In this document: piece after piece, positions 25,989-34,203 of the stretch
How the letters are laid out: every line of letters begins with the position of its first letter
Numbering within the stretch: the stretch's first letter is position 1
Assembly (NCBI GenBank): GCA_007117775.1
Contig: SKFX01000039.1
Location: 1-45,427 of the forward strand
Direction: 5' to 3'
From: Ilumatobacteraceae bacterium
GTDB lineage: Bacteria > Actinomycetota > Acidimicrobiia > Acidimicrobiales > Ilumatobacteraceae
DNA: 45,427 nucleotides
The notes under the pieces: generated by a model
What the model was told of the DNA's origin: nothing
What the model saw: only the letters and a program-made list of their open reading frames with translations
Databases searched by the model: none
Made by a program: the position numbers and the translations under genes

Positions 25989-26000
25989 ATGCTATAGCAT
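25989..26000 (-). promoter_or_regulatory. 12-bp palindrome ATGCTATAGCAT containing TAGCAT 6 nt upstream of the ridA ATG (candidate internal leaderless promoter)
   Basis: Perfect palindrome spanning the M81 stop codon. The minus strand reads TATAGCATCtggggATG. Confidence 0.35.
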
Positions 26001-27596
26001 GTGCATCGACGGGTCGAACACGGCGTCGGGGTCCACCGGATACGGCACCGGATCGGCGGACTCGAAGCAATAGCGCTCGAGGCGCGCCGAGGCGGGTCCC
26101 ATGACATCCGCGATGAGCGCGATCTGCGGAGCGGTCCGATAGTTGGCGAGATAGTCGCTGCACGAGCGCACCAGCACCACATCGAAGTCGTCGGGATCGA
26201 GGCCGGCATGGCCCCAGGTGGCCGGATCCGCCGACCACGCCGGCCGTTCGGTGATCACCAGGGTCAGGCGCGTCGCGGTGTCGGTCACCACCGCGAAGCG
26301 GCCCATCGACACCGACATCTCGGTGTAACCGGCGCCGCTGAGTCGATAGGGGCCATCGCCGAGCCAGCGCACCACGGCATCGAGGGTGACCGGCTGCTGC
26401 CACCGATCGTCGAGTCCGGCGCCGACGCGCATCAACAGCGTGTCGGCGGTCTCGGGCCCGCCATGGTGCCGGTGGCAGGCCTCGACCGCCTCGGGGTCGC
26501 AGATCGTGGCCAGCACGCTGAGGTCATGGTCGCCATCGAGCACCGCAGCGATCATGGCGGTGCCGTCACCGGTGGCCCCGGCGGTCGGGGCATCGGCGGA
26601 CTCGGTGATGAGCACCGGTCGCGTCGTGCTCGCCGCCGCGGTCTCGAGTGCGCGGCCCGGTTCCATCAGCCGGGACACGGTGAAGCGTCGGCGTGCTCGC
26701 CACACGGCGCGGCAGATCCGCTCGGCGACCGATTCGGCCAGCGATCGGTCGTCGTCGGTGAGCACCGCTGCGCTGAATCCGACGCCGGGGGCATCGAGCC
26801 ACGGTTGGGTCGGGAAGACGCTGAGGTCGACGATGCCCGCCGGCAGTGCCGCGAGTTCCGGCTCGAGCACCTCGGCCAGGATCCCGTCGGGCAGGCGCAG
26901 CGTCTCATCTGGGAACAGCGCCGGACAGGTGACGGTCGCGAGCGTCGGCACGAGCTGTCGTGTCATCGTCGCGCACAGCAGTTCCACGGCGCGACGGCCG
27001 GTCTCGGCCTGGTCCACATGGGGATTGGTGCGATAGCCGGTGAGCACATCGACTTCGGCCGCGAGGCGCGGTGTCAGGTTGGCATGCAGGTCGAGTGTGA
27101 GCGCGATCGCAGCGCCGCTCCCGAGGTGTCGGCGGGTCTGCTCGATGAGCGCGAGGTCGAGGCTGTCACCGTCGACGGTGGTGGCGGCGCCGTGCAGACA
27201 CAGCACGACGGCGTCGAGGCCGGCGTGGTCCGCGAGTGCCGCTCCCAAGGCGTCGACCAATGCGGCCGCAGCGGAGCGCTCGAGCGGGCCCGAGGGCAGT
27301 GCATGCGCCCAGATGAGGGCCTCGGCGGTGGCGCCCCGGCGCCCCAACTCGGCGAGGGCGCCGCTGAACTCGGTGTTCGCGCCGGCGAGGGCGGTGGCGG
27401 CGGTGGCGCCGTCGAGGATCTCGAACGCACCGAGACCGGTGGGGTGCCGGGCGAAGGAGTTGCACTCGTGTTGGATCAGCGCGACCCCGATGCGCAGGCG
27501 GTCGTCGAAGCGAAGCTCAGCGAATCGCGGCTCGATCGGGGCCCAGGGCGATCTGGCCGCGGTGGCGTGCGGCGCTCGATCCGCCGGGTCGGTCAT
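25992..27596 (-). CDS. M81 family metallopeptidase (MlrC-like; DUF1485 plus MlrC C-terminal domain)
   Basis: RIGVALIQHECNSF, LCLHGA, LDLHANL, YRTNPHVD and ITESADAPTAGATGDGT match the M81 pattern (HETNTF, LHGAM, YRTYPHVD, DNxGGG). Confidence 0.8.
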   Translation of the reverse strand: MTDPADRAPHATAARSPWAPIEPRFAELRFDDRLRIGVALIQHECNSFARHPTGLGAFEILDGATAATALAGANTEFSGALAELGRRGATAEALIWAHALPSGPLERSAAAALVDALGAALADHAGLDAVVLCLHGAATTVDGDSLDLALIEQTRRHLGSGAAIALTLDLHANLTPRLAAEVDVLTGYRTNPHVDQAETGRRAVELLCATMTRQLVPTLATVTCPALFPDETLRLPDGILAEVLEPELAALPAGIVDLSVFPTQPWLDAPGVGFSAAVLTDDDRSLAESVAERICRAVWRARRRFTVSRLMEPGRALETAAASTTRPVLITESADAPTAGATGDGTAMIAAVLDGDHDLSVLATICDPEAVEACHRHHGGPETADTLLMRVGAGLDDRWQQPVTLDAVVRWLGDGPYRLSGAGYTEMSVSMGRFAVVTDTATRLTLVITERPAWSADPATWGHAGLDPDDFDVVLVRSCSDYLANYRTAPQIALIADVMGPASARLERYCFESADPVPYPVDPDAVFDPSMHML

Positions 27597-28417
27597 GGGG
27601 CGGTCGACACCGGCCGGGGTTCGGGATCGGCCGAGGGATAGGCCTCGAGGAACCGTTGGCGAGCGGTCTGATCGAAACGATCGCCGAGGGGGATGTCGAG
27701 GGTGATGCGTGCCGATCCCGAGCAGGGCGCGCCCTGCAGCACGTGGAGGCTGACCCCGGTCGCATCGCAGCTGAGGACGTAGCTGTAGACGGTGGTCAGA
27801 TCCGAGTGGTTGCAGATCCCGGTGTCACCGTCGTCGTGGGCCGACTGCAGTGCGAAGACATCGGCGAGGCCGGTGGCCGCGTCGAGGCGACGCTGGGCAG
27901 CAGCTCGGCGCAGTTCGGTGGTGGTGGTGTCCTCCTGCAATCCGTGGTGGCCGAGTCGGACATGGTGATTGCTGCGCGCCGTCGGGCCCTCGAGGGGGAC
28001 GACGAGTGCCTCGTCACCGCGGAGCTCGATACTCGCGGCCGAGTGGGCGTCGATCAGCACCAGATTGCCCCATGAGACCGGAGCCTGTCGGCAGGCGGCC
28101 ACCACGGCGGCTGCCGCCGAGGCCACGTCGGTGCCCGCCTCGAGCGCGACCTCGGTCATGACGTCGTAGTTGACGTGGTCATCGAGGGTCACGACATTGG
28201 AGTCGCAGCACAACAAGCCATGACGGTTGGCACCGATCGACAGCCCCGAGTACTGGTCGGCTGCCGGGTCGTCACCGGCCCAGGTGGTCATGCCCAACAC
28301 ACCGAAGACCCCGGCGTCGAGCCGGATCCGGTCGTCGAGGTGCCGACGGCCGAAGTCCTTGTTCTTGAACAGCACATAGGTGCCGTCCGCCCAGCGTCGA
28401 ACCCCGGTTGTGCACAT
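27593..28417 (-). CDS. Cys-N-terminal nucleophile (Ntn) hydrolase, C45/choloylglycine-hydrolase-like linear amide hydrolase
   Basis: Begins MCTTG....LFKNKDF (compare MCT....FGRNFD in BSH/PVA and C45 enzymes). Cys2 would be exposed after Met removal. Only the last 274 codons of the 906-aa track ORF look genuine. Confidence 0.6.
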   Translation of the reverse strand: MCTTGVRRWADGTYVLFKNKDFGRRHLDDRIRLDAGVFGVLGMTTWAGDDPAADQYSGLSIGANRHGLLCCDSNVVTLDDHVNYDVMTEVALEAGTDVASAAAAVVAACRQAPVSWGNLVLIDAHSAASIELRGDEALVVPLEGPTARSNHHVRLGHHGLQEDTTTTELRRAAAQRRLDAATGLADVFALQSAHDDGDTGICNHSDLTTVYSYVLSCDATGVSLHVLQGAPCSGSARITLDIPLGDRFDQTARQRFLEAYPSADPEPRPVSTAP

Positions 28418-28423
28418 CGAGGC

Positions 28424-28436
28424 GAATACTATATTC
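28424..28436. promoter_or_regulatory. Palindrome GAATA-CTA-TATTC in the divergent region between the Ntn-hydrolase operon and the ADH operon
   Basis: Perfect 5-bp inverted arms with a 3-nt spacer. TAGTAT (minus) lies 8 nt from the Ntn-hydrolase ATG. TATATT (plus) lies upstream of the ADH gene. Confidence 0.5.
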
Positions 28437-28492
28437 TTTTCGTGCCGAGGCGCAGTCCGGTGTGCCGGAGACAGGCAGATGAAAGGATCGGC

Positions 28493-29521
28493 ATGCGGGT
28501 GATGAGAATGCGTTCGGCGGGACAACCGCTCGACGCGCATCGCCTGATCCTCGAAGAGGCCCCCATGCCGCGGGCCGAACACCCCGGGGACGTCGTGGTG
28601 CGCGTCGCCGCCGCCGGTGTGTGTCGTACCGATCTGCACCTCATCACCGGTGAGATGACCGCCCCGGTACCCCTGGTGCTCGGCCATGAGAACGCCGGCT
28701 GGGTGCACGAGGTGGGCCCGGGCGTCACCACGGTCAGTGTCGGCGATGCGGTGCTGTGCTTCCCGTTCATCACCGGCGGGTTGAGCGCGGCCGAGCGCGC
28801 CGGCCTGGAGACCGCGGATCCCGATCGGCGCACCCCGGGCATCACCGTCGACGGCGGCTATGGCGAGTATCTGCTGACCAATGAGCGTGCCATGCTCGCC
28901 GTGCCCGCCGATGCCGACCTGGCCAGTCTGGCGACACTGACCGATGCCGGCCTCGCCGCCTACCGCGCCGCGCGCAAGGCCGCTTCGATCTTGCGACCGG
29001 GCGATACCGCGCTCGTCATCGGGGTCGGCGGTCTCGGTCATCTCGGAGTGCAGATCCTGCGTGCCCTCACACCGGCATCGCTGGTGGCCGTCGATACCAG
29101 CGATGCGGCGCGGCAGTTGGCGCTCGACTGCGGTGCCGATCGGGCGCTGGCCCCCGACGCCATCGCCGGAGCGCTTGGCGACGGGGTTCGGGCATGTCTG
29201 GACTTCGTCGGCTCCGATACCACCGCAGCACTTGGCTTCGAGCACCTCGAGTTCGGCGGCTGCTATCTGGCCGTCGGGGTCGGCGGCAACCTGTCGTTCC
29301 CGCTGGCTGCGCTGGTCGAGGGCGAACGCCGCGTCGAGGGCGTCTACGTCGGGACCTATCGCGACCTCGTCGAGGTGACCGAACTGGTCCTCGCCGGTGC
29401 GGTCACCCCCCGGGTGGTGCGCTACGGCCTCGAACAGGCCAATGAGGCCCTCGAGGACCTTGCGGCCGGCCGGATCCTGGGTCGTGCGGTGCTGGAACCG
29501 CATCGAGAGGTCGAGCCATGA
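28493..29521 (+). CDS. Zinc-type alcohol dehydrogenase (MDR family)
   Basis: GVCRTDLH and GHENAG zinc motifs, and GVGGLGH Rossmann motif. AAAGGA RBS. The upstream part of track ORF 28175.. overlaps the divergent gene. Confidence 0.85.
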   Translation: MRVMRMRSAGQPLDAHRLILEEAPMPRAEHPGDVVVRVAAAGVCRTDLHLITGEMTAPVPLVLGHENAGWVHEVGPGVTTVSVGDAVLCFPFITGGLSAAERAGLETADPDRRTPGITVDGGYGEYLLTNERAMLAVPADADLASLATLTDAGLAAYRAARKAASILRPGDTALVIGVGGLGHLGVQILRALTPASLVAVDTSDAARQLALDCGADRALAPDAIAGALGDGVRACLDFVGSDTTAALGFEHLEFGGCYLAVGVGGNLSFPLAALVEGERRVEGVYVGTYRDLVEVTELVLAGAVTPRVVRYGLEQANEALEDLAAGRILGRAVLEPHREVEP

Positions 29522-29584
29522 CCGAGACCACCGACTGCGGCGCACATCGCGGCCGTTGTATCCATGAGCCCCGGGAGGCTGACC

Positions 29585-30316
29585 ATGTTGAGTTTTGAGG
29601 GTCGTCATGCGCTGATCACCGGTGCGGCGCGCGGGATCGGCCTGGCCTGTGCTGAACGGGTCGTGGCCGGCGGGGGATCGGTGACAGGCCTCGATGTCGA
29701 TCGCCGAACCCTCGACGATGCTGCGCATCAGCACCCCGGGCTGTTCGCGCGCACCGAGGAGGTCGACATCTCCGATGCCGCCGCCGTCGGCGCGCTGGCC
29801 GCGTCGGTCGGTGCGGTCGACATCATCATCAACAGCGCCGGTGTGGTCGGGCCCAATCTGCCCACCTGGGAGGTCAGCGATGCCGACTGGAACCACACGA
29901 TGGCCGTCAACGTGAACGGCACGTTCCATCTGGCCCGGGCCTTCGCGCCGGCGATGGTCGAGCGCGGCTGGGGTCGGATCGTGAACATCGCCAGCATCGC
30001 CGGCAAGGAGGGCAATCCGAACCTCGCCGCCTATTCGGCCTCCAAGGCCGCGGTCATCGGCTTCACCAAGTCCCTCGGCAAAGAGCTCGCCACCACCGGT
30101 GTGCTCGTGAACTCGATCGCCCCGGCGGTGATCGCCACGCCGATGAATGCCGACACCGCACCTCATGTGCTCGAGTACATGATCTCCAAGATCCCGATGG
30201 GCCGCACCGGCACCGCGGACGAGGTGGCGGCGCTCGCCACCTGGTTGGCATCTGAGGAGTGCAGTTTCTCCACCGGTGCCTGCTACGACATCTCCGGAGG
30301 ACGAGCCACGCACTGA
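29585..30316 (+). CDS. SDR family oxidoreductase
   Basis: ALITGAARGIGLA, NSAG and YSASKAAV motifs. GGGAGG lies 6 nt before ATG 29585; the alternative start is 29564. Confidence 0.85.
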   Translation: MLSFEGRHALITGAARGIGLACAERVVAGGGSVTGLDVDRRTLDDAAHQHPGLFARTEEVDISDAAAVGALAASVGAVDIIINSAGVVGPNLPTWEVSDADWNHTMAVNVNGTFHLARAFAPAMVERGWGRIVNIASIAGKEGNPNLAAYSASKAAVIGFTKSLGKELATTGVLVNSIAPAVIATPMNADTAPHVLEYMISKIPMGRTGTADEVAALATWLASEECSFSTGACYDISGGRATH

Positions 30317-30471
30317 GGGGGTCAGTGGGAACGCGCAGCACCGAGGGTCCTGCCTCGCCTCCGGGTCGATGCAACAAGTTCAGCAGCCACGCGCACGAAT
30401 CGGTGCCGGTCACACGACGTACCGCACACCACACATCACACGATCGAGAACCGAGACAGGAGAACACAACG

Positions 30472-31419
30472 ATGAACGAGATGACGACACTCACCGGTGA
30501 GCGGGTGCTGGTCACCGGCGCCAACGGGTGTATCGGCGCGTGGGTGGTGAAGTTGTTGGCCGCGGCCGGTGCCGAGGTGGTGGCCTTCGATCTCGATCGC
30601 AACGAGAGCCGGCACCGACTCATCAACGCCGGTGAACTCCCCGAGATCGACTGGCGTCAGGGTGATCTGACGGTGCCCGACGATGTGCTCGCAGCAGCCG
30701 AGGGGGTGGGGCGCATCATCCATCTCGCGGCCCTGCAGATCCCGTTCTGTCGCGCCGATCCGATCCAGGGCGCACGGGTGAACGTGACCGGCACCGTGAA
30801 CGTGTTCGAGGCAGCCCGCACCCAGGGTGTCGGTGCCATCGCCCATGCGAGTTCCATCGCGGTGTTCGGCACCGCGGCTGATTATCCCGATGAGATCCTG
30901 GCGGGCGACGCACCGCGTCTGGCACGTACGCTCTATGGCGTCTACAAGGTGGCCTGTGAGGATCTGGCCAAGGTGTACGCCGCCGATCACGGCATTGTCA
31001 GTGTCGGTCTGCGTCCCCACACCGTCTATGGGCCCGGCCGCGATCAGGGTATGACCTCTCTGCCGAGCGTGGCGATCCAACGCGCTCTCGCCGCCGAGGC
31101 ATTCCATGTCGATTTCGGTGGCACGCTGGATTTCCAGTACGCACCCGACGTCGCCGCCGCGTTCATCCACGCGTCAGGTCTCACCCTCGATGGGGCGCCG
31201 ACGTTTAATCTCGGAGGCCATGTGCTCAGCGTCGCTCATTTCCTCGCTGCGGTGCGCGAGGTGACCGGATTCGCTGAGTTGAGCTGCGGTGTCGACCCGT
31301 TGCCGGTGGTGGCCGGTGCCGATGCCACCGAGTGGTTCGAGATCGCCGGTGGTGCCGCGCCGACGCCGTTGGCGGATGCCATCGCCGCCAGTGTCGAGGT
31401 CTTCCGCTCCGCCATATGA
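30472..31419 (+). CDS. NAD-dependent epimerase/dehydratase family protein
   Basis: VLVTGANGCIGAWVV and YGVYKVACE (YxxxK). AGGAG RBS before ATG 30472. Confidence 0.8.
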   Translation: MNEMTTLTGERVLVTGANGCIGAWVVKLLAAAGAEVVAFDLDRNESRHRLINAGELPEIDWRQGDLTVPDDVLAAAEGVGRIIHLAALQIPFCRADPIQGARVNVTGTVNVFEAARTQGVGAIAHASSIAVFGTAADYPDEILAGDAPRLARTLYGVYKVACEDLAKVYAADHGIVSVGLRPHTVYGPGRDQGMTSLPSVAIQRALAAEAFHVDFGGTLDFQYAPDVAAAFIHASGLTLDGAPTFNLGGHVLSVAHFLAAVREVTGFAELSCGVDPLPVVAGADATEWFEIAGGAAPTPLADAIAASVEVFRSAI

Positions 31420-31443
31420 GCACCAGATGCGTCTCATGGCGAG

Positions 31444-31480
31444 ATCACATCAAGTCATCACATCAAGTCATCACATCAAG
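31444..31480. repeat. 13-bp tandem repeat ATCACATCAAGTC, about 2.8 copies, in the epimerase-FAH intergenic region
   Basis: Copies at 31444-31456, 31457-31469 and 31470-31480 (truncated). All are perfect. The repeat ends at the AAGGAG RBS of the FAH gene. Confidence 0.9.
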
Positions 31481-31495
31481 GAGAACAACCAGGTC

Positions 31496-32356
31496 ATGAA
31501 GCTACTCAGGTATGGCCCCGCAGGCTCGGAACGGCCGGCGTTGATCGCCCCCGGATCGACGGAGGCCCACGATGCCTCGTCGGTCACCGCTGACTTCGAC
31601 ACCGAGTTCTTCGCCTCCGATGGGATCGAGCGCCTGCGCGCCGCGGTCGCAGCGGGTTCGCTGCCGGTCGTCGATCTCGATGGCCAGCGCATCGGCGCCC
31701 CGCTCAAGCGGCCGGGCAAGATCGTATGCATCGGCCTCAACTACCGCGACCACGCCCGCGAGGCCGGGATGGAGGAGCCGAGTGAGCCGGTGGTGTTCAT
31801 GAAGGCCCCCAACACCGTGGTCGGGCCCACCGATGAGGTGCGGATTCCGCGCCACTCCACCAAGACCGACTGGGAGGTCGAACTCGGTGTGGTGATCGGT
31901 GAGCGCACCAGCTATCTCGACAGCCCGGCCGATTCGGCGCGCCATATCGCCGGCTACGTCACGGTCAATGATGTCTCCGAGCGCGAGTTCCAGCTCGAGC
32001 GCGGCGGGCAATGGGACAAAGGCAAGTCATGTGACACCTTCAATCCGATGGGGCCGTGGCTGGTGACCGCCGATCAGATCGATGATGTCCAGGCCCTCGA
32101 GATGTGGACCGACATCGACGGTGAGCGCGTCCAGTCGGGCAACACCGCCGACATGATCTTCGGCGTCGACCACATCGTCTGGTACCTCAGCCAGTTCATG
32201 GTGCTCGAGCCCGGCGACCTGATCAACACCGGGACCCCCGCCGGTGTCGCCAGCGGGTTCGATCCGCCGCGTTTTCTGACACCGGGCCAGACGATGGTGG
32301 TCGGTATCGCCGGTCTCGGCGAGCAGAGCTGCGCAACGGTGGCCACACCGTCCTGA
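31496..32356 (+). CDS. Fumarylacetoacetate hydrolase (FAH) family protein, diketo-acid hydrolase/hydratase type
   Basis: KIVCIGLNYRDHA, DWEVELGVVIG, GQWDKGKSCDTF and GDLINTGTPAGV are canonical for the FAH C-terminal domain. Confidence 0.85.
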   Translation: MKLLRYGPAGSERPALIAPGSTEAHDASSVTADFDTEFFASDGIERLRAAVAAGSLPVVDLDGQRIGAPLKRPGKIVCIGLNYRDHAREAGMEEPSEPVVFMKAPNTVVGPTDEVRIPRHSTKTDWEVELGVVIGERTSYLDSPADSARHIAGYVTVNDVSEREFQLERGGQWDKGKSCDTFNPMGPWLVTADQIDDVQALEMWTDIDGERVQSGNTADMIFGVDHIVWYLSQFMVLEPGDLINTGTPAGVASGFDPPRFLTPGQTMVVGIAGLGEQSCATVATPS

Positions 32357-32535
32357 TCTGGATCCATCTCGGCCGGCGCCACCAGTCGTCTCGGTCGCTG
32401 ATCACCCCGAGCGCCACCGATCCCCACCCAGAGACACCCCACTGAACAAGTGTTAGAGTCGCGTCCGGAGGTATCGGCGGTGTCGGGAGCTACAGAGTCG
32501 AACGTTGATGGGTCTCGTCACTCCGGTGAAAAAAA

Positions 32536-34203
32536 ATGACCGAGCCTGCGACCGCGGTGTTCGCGCTCGCCGATGACTATGTGGAGCGCGTCGCAGCGCT
32601 CGATCCGTTGACCGCGACCTATGCCGGGATCGGCGGCCATGACCATGCCCTGCCCAGGCTCGATCCCGACTGGCATGACGAACGCGCCCGTCTGGACCGC
32701 GACACCCTCGCAGCGCTGGCGGCCATCGATCCGACGACCGATTCGCCCGCCGACGCCCTGGCGCGCCTCGTGCTCACCGAACGGCTCGGTGTGGCACTCG
32801 ACCAGCACGAGGCGGGTCAGTGGCGATGCGACCTCAACATCATCGCCTCACCGCTGCAGGCCCTCGTCGAGGTGATCGACCTCGCCGACACCTCCGACGG
32901 CGACGGACGTGCCGAGCTGTGGGCGCGCCTCGAGGCGGTACCGAAGGCACTCGAGGGGTTCCGCACCTCGCTCGAGGCCGGATTGGCATGCGGTGACATC
33001 GTGGCGCGCCGTCAGGTGGAGCGCTGTATCGAACAGACCCGGGCCCGCGGTGGTCGCTATCTCGAGGCTGTCGCCCATCTCGACGATGCCGGCCTGACCG
33101 AGGCCGCGACGCGCGCCGGTGCCGCCTACGAGCACTTCGGCCGCTGGTTGACGAGCGACTACCTCGCCTCGGCGCGCGTCGACGACGCCGTCGGCATCGA
33201 CCGCTACCGGCTCGCCCAGCGGGTGTTCCTCGGCGCCGATCCCGATCCGCGCCAGTCCTATGACTGGGGCTGGACCCGGGTGCTGGAGTTGCGTGAGGAG
33301 ATGGCCCGGTTGGCCGCAGAGATCCTGCCCGGTGCCGGTCTCGCCGAGGTGCTCGACCACCTCGAGCATCACAGCGACTTCGCGGTGACCGGGATCGAGG
33401 CGTTCCGCGACTGGGCCCAGAACCATGTCGACTCGATGATCGACGTCTTCGGCCGTGACCATTTCGATCTCGCCCCACCGCTGCGGGTCTGTGAGGTGCG
33501 CGTCTCACCCGCAGGTGGGTCCACCGCCGCCCATTACACCGGTCCGAGCGAGGACGGCGCCCGCCCCGGCATCTACTGGCAGCCCGATCTGAGCCGTGAG
33601 CGCTATCCGCTGTGGGATCAGGTCACCACCGCCAATCACGAGGCGGTGCCCGGCCACCACCTCCAGATCGCCCAGGTGGTGCTCGGTGGTGCACCGCTGA
33701 GCCGGTTCCAGCGCACGCTGTGCTGGATCAGCGGCCACGGTGAGGGATGGGCGCTGTATGCCGAGCGACTATGCGCGGAACTGGGTCTGTTGGACCGGCC
33801 CGAGGCCATGCTCGGTTATCTCGCCGCGGCCCAGTTGCGTGCCGTGCGGGTCGTGATCGACATCGGTGTGCACTGCGGCTTCGCACTGCCCGCCGATGCC
33901 CCGATGCACGCCGGTGAGCAGTGGAGCTGGCAGACGGCCTTCGATCTGGTGCGCGGCCTGACCGGGGGATCCGAAGTCGAGATGGCATCGGAGGTGGACC
34001 GCTATTTCGGCTGGGCGGGCCAGGCGCCGAGCTATGCCCTCGGTGAACGCGAATGGCTGGCGGCGCGCGATGCGGCCCGCGACGCCGCCGCGGCGGCCGG
34101 ACGGAGTTTCGATCTCAAGGCGTTCCACACCGCGGCGCTGAACCTCGGTTCGGTCGGCCTCGATGTCCTGCGGAACCAGGTCGTGGTGGCGGCACGCACA
34201 TGA
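32536..34203 (+). CDS. DUF885 family protein (predicted metallopeptidase-like)
   Basis: HEAVPGHHLQ motif; size and helical character fit DUF885. Confidence 0.75.
   Translation: MTEPATAVFALADDYVERVAALDPLTATYAGIGGHDHALPRLDPDWHDERARLDRDTLAALAAIDPTTDSPADALARLVLTERLGVALDQHEAGQWRCDLNIIASPLQALVEVIDLADTSDGDGRAELWARLEAVPKALEGFRTSLEAGLACGDIVARRQVERCIEQTRARGGRYLEAVAHLDDAGLTEAATRAGAAYEHFGRWLTSDYLASARVDDAVGIDRYRLAQRVFLGADPDPRQSYDWGWTRVLELREEMARLAAEILPGAGLAEVLDHLEHHSDFAVTGIEAFRDWAQNHVDSMIDVFGRDHFDLAPPLRVCEVRVSPAGGSTAAHYTGPSEDGARPGIYWQPDLSRERYPLWDQVTTANHEAVPGHHLQIAQVVLGGAPLSRFQRTLCWISGHGEGWALYAERLCAELGLLDRPEAMLGYLAAAQLRAVRVVIDIGVHCGFALPADAPMHAGEQWSWQTAFDLVRGLTGGSEVEMASEVDRYFGWAGQAPSYALGEREWLAARDAARDAAAAAGRSFDLKAFHTAALNLGSVGLDVLRNQVVVAART

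Noticed and set aside
27593-30313. A 906-aa ORF on the minus strand, the longest in the track
   Set aside because: Upstream of codon ~633 it runs antisense through the well-supported ADH and SDR genes and crosses the AT-rich promoter region. Its translation there is R/G/H-rich with no motifs. Only the C-terminal 274 codons (from MCTTG) look genuine. Long open antisense frames are expected in GC-rich DNA.
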